64,000 nt of DNA from Octopus sinensis (GCF_006345805.1 NC_043010.1:56916001-56980000); one strand, 5' to 3'. Positions 14,415 through 25,098 are shown, numbered from the stretch's first letter. A program made the numbers and translations. Notes: a model not told the origin generated them from the sequence alone.

Positions 14415-16770
14415 ATCTTTTATCTTTTACTGGTTTCAGCCCAGGGCTGAGGTCATGCTGGAGCACCACCTGTAGTTACTCAGTGTTGTTTCTGATATTG
14501 TTTTGGGTGAAGCAGCGAGTTGAACAGAGCTGCTCTTCTTTGTGTCTCCTGCCACGTTGTGGGTCCATCCTGCTCTTCTTTGTGTCTCCTGTCACGTTGT
14601 GGGTCCATCCTGCTCTTCTTTGTGTCTCCTGTCACGTTGTGGGTCCATCCTGCTCTTCTTTGTGTCTCCTGTCACGTTGTGGGTCCATCCTGCTCTTCTT
14701 TGTGTCTCCTGTCACGTTGTGGGCCATCCTGCTCTTCTTTGTGTCTCCTGTCACGTTGTGGGTCCATCCTGCTCTTCTTTGTGTCTCCTGTCACGTTGTG
14801 GGTCCATCCTGCTCTTCTTTGTGTCTCCTGTCACGTTGTGGGTCCATCCTGCTCTTCTTTGTGTCTCCTGCCACGTTGTGGGTCCTCCTGCTCTTCTTTG
14901 TGTCTCCTGCCACGTTGTGGGTCCATCCTGCTCTTCTTGTGTCTCCTGTCACGTTGTGGGTCCATCTGCTCTTCTTTGTGTCTCCTGTCACGTTGTGGGT
15001 CCATCCTGCTCTTCTTTGTGTGTCTCCTGTCACGTTGTGGGTCCATCCTGCCTTCTTTGTGTCTCCTGTCACGTTGTGGTCCATCCTGCTCTTCTTTGTG
15101 TCTCCTGCCACGTTGTGGGTCCATCCTGCTCTTCTTGTGTCTCCTGTCACGTTGTGGGTCCATCCTGCTCTTCTTGGTGTCTCCTGTCACGTTGTGGGTC
15201 CATCCTGCTCTTCTTTGTGTGTCTCCTGTCACGTTGTGGGTCCATCTGTCTTCTTTGTGTCTCCTGTCACGTTGTGGTCCATCCTGCTCTTCTTGTGTCT
15301 CCTGTCACGTTGTGGGTCCATCCTGCTTTCTTTGTGTCTCCTGTCACGTTGGGGTCCATCCTGCTCTTCTTTGTGTCTCCTGCCACGTTGTGGGTCCATC
15401 CTGCTCTCTTTGTGTCTCCTGCCACGTTGTGGGTCCATCCTGCTCTTCTTTGTGTCTCCTGTCACGTTGGGGTCCATCCTGCTCTTTTGTGTCTCCTGTC
15501 ACGTTGTGGGTCCATCCTGCTTTCTTTGTGTCTCCTGCCACGTTGTGGTCCATCCTGCTCTTCTTTGTGTCTCTGTCACGTTGTGGGTCCATCCTGCTCT
15601 TCTTGTGTCTCCTGCCACGTTGTTGGGTCCATCCTGCTCTCTTTGTGTCTCCTGTCACGTTGTGGGTCCATCCTGCTCTTCTTTGTGTCTCCTGTCACGT
15701 TGTGGGTCCATCCTGCTCTTCTTTGTGTCTCCTGCCACGTTGTGGGTCCATCCTGCTCTTCTTTGTGTCTCCTGTCACGTTGTGGGTCCATCCTGCTCTT
15801 CTTTGTGTCTCCTGCCACGTTGTGGGTCCATCCTGCTCTTCTTTGTGTCTCCTGTCACGTTGTGGGTCCATCCTGCTCTTCTTTGTGTCTCCTGCCACGT
15901 TGTGGGTCCATCCTGCTCTTCTTTGTGTCTCCTGTCACGTTGTGGGTCCATCCTGCTCTTCTTTGTGTCTCCTGTCACGTTGTGGGTCCATCCGCTATCT
16001 CAGACAGAAACGTGTCCAGATGTTCCTTGAAAACTTCCACATGAACACCGTGTAAATCTCTAAGGTTGCCTGGCAGGATGTTGAACAATTGTGGGCCCTT
16101 GAAACCTTGACTATTGCAGTACTGTGTCCTTATTTTAGATGGGAAAGACGGGAATTTGGTATGATGCAGTGCCGTCCAGTTCGAGGATTGGTATAGCTGT
16201 CAATTCCAAAATGCGAAACCCTCCAAGATCTTCCAAATATATATCACCGCATATCTCTCTCGTCTTCTCTTCGGGGAATAGAGACTCAGCCCCTTTAGCC
16301 TCTTGATTCGATGCAAAGACGGGATGCATCGAATCAATCTCCTTTGTGTATTGGCAATGGATTGCTTCGAGTTCCAGCGTTTGTTTCACACTCTCTGGGG
16401 ACCATAGTTGGGAGCAGTAGTCCAAGTGGCTGAGAACAAAAGCCCTCCTTAGGAGTAGCAGGGCTTCTCTTTTCCTGGTTTTATATGTCCTCAGAATCCA
16501 GCCAGCCACTCTCGTATTACTTTCTGGTCTAGCGTATACCGATTTTAGAGTGATAGTGAAGTGCCTGAAATTTCATAGCATTGAACTGCATATTGTTTTT
16601 GTCAGCCTATTTGTAGATTTCATTCAGGTCTTTCTGCAGTTTTATGATCTCCTCTCGGTTCCTAACTGTCTGCGATACTTTTGATAATTTCCACATTGTT
16701 TGTAAAACAGAGGTCCAGGATATTTTTGTGCCTGATTGGAGAGAATATGATCTGCTTCATGAATAGCATT
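14415..16770 (-). mobile_element. CR1/Zenon-like (jockey-group) LINE remnant, internally deleted, interrupted by a minisatellite
   Basis: Minus-strand peptides ILDLCFTNN (endonuclease end), KLQKDLNEIYK*ADKNNMQFN, LDYCSQLWSP, VFKEHLDTFLSEIADGPTT...RRAALFNSL, then the 3' tail GGTGGTGCTCCAGCATG...AGTAAAAGATAAAAGAT. Confidence 0.85.
14530..15993. repeat. 40-bp minisatellite, ~37 copies (CTGCTCTTCTTTGTGTCTCCTGYCACGTTGTGGGTCCATC)
   Basis: Seen directly; 1464 bp / 40; one recurrent T/C variant; scattered 1-2 nt indels in the centre. Confidence 0.97.
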
Positions 16771-16809
16771 ATATATATACATATATATATATATATATAA
16801 TATATATAT

Positions 16810-16852
<43 letters not shown>

Positions 16853-16859
16853 ATATTTT

Positions 16860-17815
16860 TTTTAGTTTCAGCTCAAAGCTGTGGCCATGCTGGGGCACTG
16901 CCGTATTGCTACATGATTATTGAGAGCTTCCTCTAATATGTGGCATTTGGTGAATAAGGGAGTTTGATGTTGCTACCCTCATTTGCACCTCTTGCCACGA
17001 GGTAGGCTCATATGGGACTCGACAGGAAGAGACCCACTTTTGATTTGAAAATACCTACATCCACTTTGTGTAGGCCTCTCAGGCTCTTTGGGAGAATATT
17101 AAAAAGCTGTGGGCCTCTTAAACCCAGGCTGTTGCAGTAACTGGTCCTGAAGCGTGATGGCATTGCTGGGATTTTTGGCACTATGTAGTGTCAGCCTGTT
17201 CTGGCATTGGTGTAGCTTTCAATGCCAAAATTTGGTACAATTCCTTCCAGAATCTTCCAGATGTATATTATTGCATACCTCTTCAGCCTTCGCTCCAGGG
17301 AGTAGGGTCTTGGCTGTTTCAGCCTTTCCCAGTAGCTGAGCAGTTGCAAAGAGACGATCTTCTTTGTGAAGCTTCACTAGATTGCTTTAAGGTCTGTTGT
17401 TAATTTTACACTATTGGGTGACCATAGCTGGGAGCAGTAATCCAGGCGGCTGAGGACGAATGTCCGCTAGAGGACCATCATGGTTTCCTTATCTCTGGTT
17501 CTGAATGTTCTTAGGATCCATCCAGTCATCTGCACTTTGTTGTCATCCTGGTAATGTGCACTTGGAAAGAGGTATCATCACTCATGTCGAAAGAGGTATC
17601 ATCACTCACTGATATAGGCTCTGGGATTGAAATTCCCTTTAGATCAGTGTACTCTGTAAGTTTCATATTCAGTTTTGGATGCTGGTAGTGCAGGGCTTGG
17701 AATTTTTCAGCATTAAATTACATATTATTAACCGCAGCCCATCTGTAGATTGAGTCCAATTCCAGCTGCAGATGTGCAACATTGCTGGGGTTCTTTGAAG
17801 ACTCATATTGTCGCT
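16860..17815 (-). mobile_element. CR1/Zenon-like LINE, 5'-truncated 3' portion
   Basis: Homologous to 18755-19790 (CTCCCAGCTATGGTCACC = SQLWSP; GGCCCACAGCTTTTTAATATTC = GPQLFNI) and carries the same 3' tail at ~16860-16900. Confidence 0.8.
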
Positions 17816-18108
17816 CAATGCTTGAAATGAGGAGTAGATAGACAGCCGACAACTGATGAAGAGTTGTTCTTTATGTTACTTGTCCTATTTTCCATTTGTT
17901 TCTCTCATTGTTTGTGTATCGAACTCATTTGTTTTTGTATTTCATGTTGTTTACACAGTTGGTGATCTCTTGTACCCATATATGCATATATATATATATA
18001 TAATACACACACACACAGATATATATATGTATATGTATAAATATATTATTTATATTATTTGATTGAATGCTACACATCCATTTCCAGTTAAGTTTATACA
18101 TTTATGTG

Positions 18109-18208
<100 letters not shown>

Positions 18209-18294
18209 TATGGGGATGGTATTATTAAAATACCATCACAAGTGGTAAGCGAATTATTAGCTGTACAGGCAAATTAATAAAATATATACATACA

Positions 18295-18696
18295 ATATTA
18301 GATATGTACATATATACATAAGAGTACTACAAGAGTACCTATACCACCAGTGATAGAAGTCAAAAATTACTTCTGTACCACCGAATAGTCACAAATCCAT
18401 TACAGACAAGATAGGAAAAAATATCAGTGAACAATAATAATGTCTTACCTCAAATGGGTCAGAACAAGTAAATGCTGGTCAACTTGGTACCGGTTTCGAA
18501 ATTTAGTGCCACCTAGGCATTTACTTGTTCTGACCCATTTGAGGTAAGACATTATTATGTTCACTGATATTTTTTCCTATCTTGTCTGTAATGGATTTGT
18601 GACTATTCGGTGGTACAGAAGTAATTTTTGACTTCTATCACTGGTGGTATAGGTACTCTTGTAGTACTCTTATGTATATATGTACATATCTAATAT
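18295..18696. repeat. Long inverted repeat, 181/180-bp arms with 41-bp spacer; probably Penelope pLTR-derived
   Basis: Arms 18295-18475 and 18517-18696 are reverse complements except one 1-nt indel; the spacer on minus reads ...CGAAACCGGTACCAAG. Confidence 0.9.
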
Positions 18697-18754
18697 ATAT
18701 TTTATACATACATATATATGTATACACACACACACACACACACACATATATCTT

Positions 18755-20655
18755 ATGGGTTTCGGCCAGAAGTTGAGGCCATGCTGGTGCACTACCTTTA
18801 CTGTATTCAGGTGTTGCTTCAGGTGAAATAGCGAGATGGATGTTGCTGCTCTTGTATGTGCCTCCCACTACAATGTGGGTTCATCTGGAATTGCAGGTAG
18901 AAAACTGTCTAGATGTTTTTTGAAGACTTCCATGTCTACACCTTGCAGATCCCTGATGTTCTGTGGCAGGGCATTAAAAACTTGTGGTCCTTTGAATTGC
19001 AAGCTATTACTATATTGGGTTTGTATCCTCGATGGAGAAGATGGGACCTTTGGTACTGTGCAGTGCTATCCAGTTCAGGGATTGTTGTAGATTTCAATTC
19101 TTAAATTTGGAGCCAGACCCTTGATTATTTTCCACATGTATAGCACTGTATATCTCTCACATTTCCTCTTCATGGAGTAGAGTCCTAGTTCCCTCAATCT
19201 CTCCCAGTAGCCAACTTTGTGAAGTGGCTTTGGATCACTTCTAGTTCCACAATTAGTTTTACACTGTGTAAGGACCACAATTGAGAGCAGTAGTCCAGAC
19301 GAATGAGGACAAAGGTTCTCAAAAGCAAAAGCATTGTGTCTCTGTTCCTGGTCCTGAAGGAACTAAGGATCCAACCTGCCACCCACCTGCATAGTGTTGC
19401 CATCTGAGCAATGTGCACATGGAAAGTTGTGTCGTTACTAATGTGAATTCCCAGGTCATGCACCAACTCTAACTCTGGGATTACATTGCCTGCTGGATCT
19501 GTGTACTTTAGATGAAGTATGTTTGTGGGCTGACAGCAGAGTGCTTGAAATTTTGTGCCATTGAACTGCATATTATTCTTATCAGCCCATTTATATATTG
19601 CGTTCATGTCATTCTGCAGTCTTCGGATGTCAGTAGGATCCTTGATTGACTGCGATACTTTTGTATCATCAGCGTAGCTGGTGAGTGTGGCTGACTTTAT
19701 GGGTGAGGGCATGTCCGAGAGAGCAATCACAAACAGTAGTGAACCCAGCACAGTTACCTGGGGGACTTCACTGAGGATTGGTTTCACTTGAGAGAGAGAG
19801 CACCATTTGCTGTGACAGCCTGACTTCTACCCCTTAGGAAATCATGCAGTCACTTTCCCAGTCTACCAGTGATACTGAAGTCCTGCAAGTCGCGACATAT
19901 CATCCCATGATCAACTTTGTCAAACGCCTTGGCAAAGTCGAGATACATCAGATCTACATTTGAATGGCAGAGCTGTTGTTTTAGTACCTAGTCGAAGTGC
20001 TGTAGTAGGTGTATTAGGCAGCTCCCTCCAGGACGGAAACCATGTTGCATGTCTGTAAGCAAGCCATTTTCCTCTAGGAAGATGGTCAGGCTTTTTCTGA
20101 CAATGCGTTCCATGATCTTGCTGACATGTGAGGTCAGAGAGATAGGGCTGTAGTTTATAGCTACTGCTTTGCTTCCTTCTTTGTGGACAGGGCAGATTAT
20201 TCCTTCTTTTAACGTTTGAGGAAATGTACCACACTCAAGGGAACTCTGGAAAGGTATTTGCAGTGGTTTTACAAGAGCTTTCTGAGCTTTCTTGCATGTT
20301 TTTAACAAAATTGCTGGGAGTCCATCGGGGCCTGTTGCAGAGTTTGGGTTTATCTCATCAATGGCTGACAATACATCCTCTTCTGTAATGTCAATGTAAT
20401 TGAGGGTTGCCATCTTCTCTCTTATAGGTTGGAGGTGTTGAAGAACTCATCAGGTCTGCTTATTTTCATGTTTTCTGGTGGGGAGGTGAAAACACTTTGG
20501 AATTGTTTATTAAATTGCTTCATTTATTCTCTTGGGGTCTGCAGTCAATGAGCCCTTTTCATCAAACAGTGGCCCTATCCTGTATCGCACTGAGGCAGAC
20601 TCTTTTGTGAACTTGTAGAAGGTTTTAGTGTTTCTTTTTATATTTTCCACTGCCC
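18755..20655 (-). mobile_element. CR1/Zenon-like LINE ORF2 reverse transcriptase pseudogene
   Basis: ORFs 19988..20413 (SATGPDG, NYSPISLTSHVSKIMERIV, QHGFRPG) and 19194..19787 (VPQVTVLGSLLF, SYADDTK, LDYCSQLWS), frameshifted; 3' tail at ~18760-18800. Confidence 0.92.
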
Positions 20656-20882
20656 TACCTTCTATCTTTCAGAAAGTCATGTAACCACTCACCAATTTTT
20701 CCAGCTATGCCGAGATCACACAGTTTGTGGCATATCATACCATGATCCACTTTATCAAAAGCTTTTGCAAACTCAAGGTATATTACGTCCACATTTGAGT
20801 TGTTGAGTAACTGCCTCAACACCCAGTCATAGTGCTGTAGGACCTGGGTCAAGCAGCTCCTACCTGATCGAAAACCATGCTG

Positions 20883-20885
<3 letters not shown>
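20647..20885 (-). mobile_element. Second CR1/Zenon-like RT fragment fused to the previous one
   Basis: QHGFRSGRSCLTQVLQHYD...VDVIYLEFAKAFDKVDHG...GKIGEWLHDFLKDRR in ORF 20655..21116; repeats RT motifs already present in 19800-20050. Confidence 0.88.
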
Positions 20886-20934
<49 letters not shown>

Positions 20935-21029
20935 TTACAATTTAAAGTTAAATAGGTATCATTACCATTATAAATAATAATGATGAGAATAATAAAGTGG
21001 CCTAGCAAGTTTACACTGTTATAGGTATA

Positions 21030-21075
<46 letters not shown>

Positions 21076-21152
21076 CAGGTTGAGTCGGGGTTAACCACAG
21101 AAAATAAGGTACTCAATACATAGCAGAGTAAATTAATTTATTTTATAGAAGG

Positions 21153-21203
21153 AGCTTCTACAGGACTAGAACTGTTTCATTCAAAAGAAATCATCAGGAA
21201 GCT
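21153..21203 (-). ncRNA. Type I hammerhead ribozyme (minus-strand mirror copy)
   Basis: Exact reverse complement of 21224-21274. Confidence 0.8.
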
Positions 21204-21223
21204 AGGTGACAAGCTTGTCGCCT

Positions 21224-21274
21224 AGCTTCCTGATGATTTCTTTTGAATGAAACAGTTCTAGTCCTGTAGAAGCT
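21224..21274 (+). ncRNA. Type I hammerhead ribozyme (plus-strand copy)
   Basis: AGCUUC-CUGAUGA-UUUCUUUUGAAU-GAAACAG-UUCUAGUC-CUGUA-GAAGCU: stem I AGCUUC/GAAGCU, stem II UUC/GAA, stem III ACAG/CUGU, GUA cleavage triplet (cut after 21268). The 10.1-11.1 pair is U.U rather than the usual G-C. Confidence 0.8.
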
Positions 21275-21314
21275 CCTTCTATAAAATAAATATATATATA
21301 TATATATATATATA

Positions 21315-21506
21315 GCCTTTGACAGGGTCCCCCGATCCCTTATCTGGTGATCAATGTGGAAACTAGGGATAGATGAATGGTTAGTGAGAACTGTGCAAGC
21401 CATGTATAGAGACGCTGTCAGTAAGGTGAGGGTTGGCAATGAGTACAGTGAAGAATTCCGGGTAGAGGTAGGGGTCCACTAAGGTTCAGTCCTTAGCCCC
21501 CTCCTA
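21315..21506 (+). mobile_element. RTE-clade LINE RT fragment
   Basis: Translates AFDRVPRSLIW*SMWKLGIDEWLVRTVQAMYRDAVSKVRVGNEYSEEFRVEVGVH*GSVLSPLL, typical RTE RT motifs with two stops. Confidence 0.88.
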
Positions 21507-21532
21507 TTAGTATGTGTATATCTATCTGTCTG

Positions 21533-21579
<47 letters not shown>

Positions 21580-21596
21580 GTAATGCACAGACACAA

Positions 21597-21893
21597 AATA
21601 CAGGACCAGATACTGCAACAGCTTGGGTTTCAAGGGCCCACAGCTCTTCAATATCCTTCCAAAATACATGAGACACCTGCATGGTATTGATGTAGGTGTC
21701 TTCAGAACAAAACTGGATCTCCTCCGATAAAGCTCATAAGCAGGAAACATAGATTGGGGCAGCAGCATTGGACTCCCTTATTCATGAAATGCCATGTATC
21801 AGAGGAGGTTTGAAATAATAGTGTAGCACAGCCAGTGGTGGTGCTCCAGTATGACTGCAGCGTTAAAAGCTAAATCACTTAAAAGAATAAAAG
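21597..21893 (+). mobile_element. CR1/Zenon-like LINE 3' end
   Basis: SLGFKGPQLFNILPK...VFRTKLD, then the tail GGTGGTGCTCCAGTATGACTGCAG...AAAGAATAAAAG. Confidence 0.78.
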
Positions 21894-21950
21894 CATGAAA
21901 GGATATATATATATATATCTTTAATATATCTATATATCATCATCATCATC

Positions 21951-22011
<61 letters not shown>

Positions 22012-22043
22012 CATACATACATACATACATACATGCATACATA

Positions 22044-23305
22044 CAGGGGTTGGACAAAATAATAAAAACACCTTAAATTTGAAACAAATTTATTTTAATA
22101 TGGGGTAGGACAGCCTTTGGCAGTAATTACAGCTTTAATTCCACGAGGTATGGACTCATAGTAAGTTTGAATTGTTTCCAAAGGAATTCTTGTCCATTCT
22201 TCAGCTAAAACAGTCTCCAGTTCTTGTAGTGATGATGGTGGAAGATATCAACTCCCTATTTGTTTTTCTAAAATGCACCGTAAATGTTCAATAATATCGA
22301 GATCTGGGGACTGTGGTGGCCAGATAAGATGTTCAACTTCACTAGAATGTTCTTCATGCCATTCAGTAACAACTTTAGCTGTGTGAATTGGTGCATTATC
22401 ATCCTGAAAGATTGCGTTTCCCCCTGGAAACAGTTCTGCAACCATACAATGAATTTGATCAGATGAAATGCTTAAATAGTCTTGACTATTAATTCTGCCA
22501 TGAAGGGAAACCATTGGGCTGGTGGATTTCCAAGATATAGCCCTCCAGATCATCACAGATCCTCCTCCATGTTTAACAATCGGAAGAAGGCAGTCTGGGT
22601 CAAATTCTTTTGGCTGTTTCCACACGTATACTTGGCTGGTGGTCAGAAATAAGGTAAAGGATGACTTGTCTGAGAAAATAACATTCTTCCACTGCTTTAG
22701 GGACCAATTCTGTAGGTTTTTACTCCACTCTAAATGCTTTGCAACGTTTGTTTCTGAAAGTAGTTGTTTTCTGATTGTAGCCCATGAAATCCGGCTTTGT
22801 GCAGCTCCCGGTGAATTTTTTGTAGAAACTGGGTTCTCGAGGTGATCATTAAGCTCTGCAATAATTTTGGGAGCTGTATATTTCTGATCCTTTCTTACAA
22901 TTTGCATAAGAGTCCGACGGTCCCTATCTGAAAGTTTTGGTTTCCTTCTCGAGTTTTGTTTTGACGAGGAGGTTTTCCCTCTTTCTCAAAGGCTGTCATT
23001 ACTTCCGAGACTGTACTTCTTGATACACCAAACATTTCGGCTGTTTTCATTACGCTAGCACCTACCATACAAGCACCAACAATTTGACCTCTGTGAAAGT
23101 CCGATAGATCTGTCATTTTAATGAATTTTAATTACCTTTTTCTGATGATATCTGAAAAGAAACAGCCATTTTAGCAAAACATATTAAGCAACACTAATAA
23201 TAAATCAAAAAACATAAAAATAAACAAGCTTTTAATGGTTTTATAGATATTTCAAAATTATGATGCATTGATGCTAGGTGCTTCCATTATTTTGTCCAAC
23301 TCGTT
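22044..23305 (-). mobile_element. Tc1-superfamily transposon, DD36E (Incomer-like), defective
   Basis: Left TIR TA|CAGGGGTTGGACAAAATAAT, degenerate right TIR GGTGCTTCCATTATTTTGTCCAAC; frameshifted transposase MTDLSDFHRGQIVGA... / WKNVIFSD...FQDDNAPIH...WPPQSPDLDIIE. Confidence 0.92.
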
Positions 23306-23311
23306 TACGTA

Positions 23312-23349
<38 letters not shown>

Positions 23350-23369
23350 CGTATATATATATATATATA

Positions 23370-25098
23370 TTTCGTTGAAATTTACAGAATAGCAAAAGAC
23401 GAAAACAGGTGTAGGACCAACAAGCAGGTGTAATAGTTTGACGCTCGGGAAAGTGAGAAAGTCTTCTACATTTTGAGCCTATGCTCTTCAACAGAAAGGA
23501 ATAATAGAAAATAAACAGAGAGAGAATAAAAGAACTTGTGGATTTAGCAGTTAAGTATGGCGACTGGTTGGAAGAAAAGATTTGACAGGAGAGGTTGAAA
23601 GAATGGGAGATAATAAAGTATTGGTGATCCCAAAATGAATGTGCACATGCGTTTATATGTGAGAATGTGTGCATATGTGGATAGGGGCTAGTGACTTTGA
23701 TTAGTGTGTTTGTAATGTGTTGGTGTGTGGATGATGGTGTGTGGTGTGGGTGCTGAGAAGTGGTCAGTGCTGATGTGCGTGGAGTGGTGGGAGTGGGGTT
23801 GTGTGAACAGGGTGTCGGGAGTAGTGGCGGTGTGTGGGTAGAGGGGGTGATGGTATCAAGAGAGAAGGTAGGTAGGAGTGAAGAGAGGGGAGAAGTTGAG
23901 CCCATGTGGCACAATGGAGCGAAGAGAGAAGATTAATTCCTGTTCACGGCAAAGACAATTTGAACACAGACAAGTGTTGTAGTGAATGACCGGTAGAGTG
24001 GAAATGGCACGAGACCATTGCTGAGTCTGATGTCTTGGAGGTGCTGTGTGAACCAGTCAGCCAAGTGGTCCTGTTTGATCAATGTACAGAGAAGGGCAGA
24101 AAGAGCTGAAAATGCAGTAAATGATGTTGCTAGAAGTGCAGGTAAAGGAGTTGGTGATATGATAGGGACGATGATGGGTGCCTGTGTGGATGGTGGTGTT
24201 GGAGAGGTAGGGTCGAGTGTGGCAGCGTGGGCAGGAGCAAGGGAACGAGCCAAGTGAAGAAACTGTGGACCAGGAGGTCATGCATGTTGTGGGCTTGTTT
24301 GAAGGAGGGAAGGGGTAGGTTGGGGAAGATGTGTGAGGTGCAGGGGTTGGAGTGGAGTCGCTAGAAGGCTTGGAGAATGGTGCGTTGGAGGGGTGGTATG
24401 TGAGGAAAACCGGGAGACAGGCAATGGCAGAGTGGGTGTGAGGAGAGAGAGAGAGAGAGCAGAAGCATGGTCCACGGAACGTGTTCTACCAAGTGGTGAG
24501 GGTATATCCATGAATGATGAAGTGGTGAGCCATGAGTTGAGACTGAGTCTCAGAGTCATGGTTGTCACTGCAGCTCCTGCACAGACAGGGGGGTGTGGGT
24601 AGGGTGGGAGAAGGAGAAGTTAAGGTAGGAGTGTGAGTCGGGGTATGTTTGTTGTGGATGGAGGTAGTGAGAGCAGAGTGGTGGACGTTGACAGAAATGT
24701 CGAGAAATCCGATGAAAGTGTTAGAAATAGTGCAGAATTCGAGGGCAGGATGGAAGGTTTGGACAAAAGAGAGGAAGGAGTGTAGTTGTTCACGAGAGAG
24801 TGAGGTCGCACCAATACAGTCATCAATATAACAACCATTATAGCTCAGGAGTGTGGGACCAGTGAATCATGAGAATATTTGGGTCTCAATGTAGCCAGCG
24901 AACAGGTTCACATCGTTGGGCCCCATTCTCATTCCCATGACCTGTTGGTAAAAATCCCCCACCAATGAGAAGCAGTTGAGGGAGAGAACAAGTTCAGCCA
25001 GACGAATAAGTGTAGAGGCATCAGGTTGGGGATATTTGAATTACCAGGGGGACAAGAGAAAATCCGTTTCAGTTTATGTGGACAGAGGTACATGAGAA
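23370..25098 (-). mobile_element. Penelope-like element (RT + Cys linker + GIY-YIG endonuclease), 5'-truncated, decayed
   Basis: Minus-strand peptides STLIRLAELVLSLNCFS, YQQV...RMGPN.VNLFAGYIE, YIDDCIGA, FHPALEF, FLDISV, SHSYLNFS.SHP, LTYHP, GSFPCSCPRCHT, FTCTSSNIIYCI...LYI.QTG, LADWFTQHL, LIFSLRSIVPHGLN. Confidence 0.92.
23461..23499 (-). ncRNA. Degenerate minimal hammerhead at the 3' pLTR of the Penelope-like element
   Basis: CCUUU-CUGUUGA-A-GAGC-AUAG-GCUC-AAAAU-GUA-GAAG; GCUCAAAAUGUA equals GCUCGAAACGUA after two CpG transitions; A6 is U. Probably inactive. Confidence 0.55.

Larger units (their letters stand above)
21072..21291. mobile_element. Short Penelope-like terminal-repeat (pLTR) element with a 78-bp-arm palindrome
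   Basis: 21136-21213 is the reverse complement of 21214-21291 with one mismatch (T21207/G21220) and no spacer; sits between two (TA)n runs; contains hammerhead motifs and AATAAA. The Penelope attribution is inference. Confidence 0.7.

Noticed and set aside
14530-15993. Possible CRISPR array
   Set aside because: Head-to-tail repeats with no unique spacers, in a eukaryotic context.
14246-16055. 594, 511 and 500 aa plus-strand ORFs and many minus ORFs
   Set aside because: All arise from the stop-free 40-bp unit cycling through frames, antisense to a LINE.
17850-17870. CTGATGAAGAG motif
   Set aside because: No downstream GAAA core or pairing stems.
22284-22845. Plus-strand ORFs here and at 53920-54367
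   Set aside because: Antisense frames of the Tc1 transposases.
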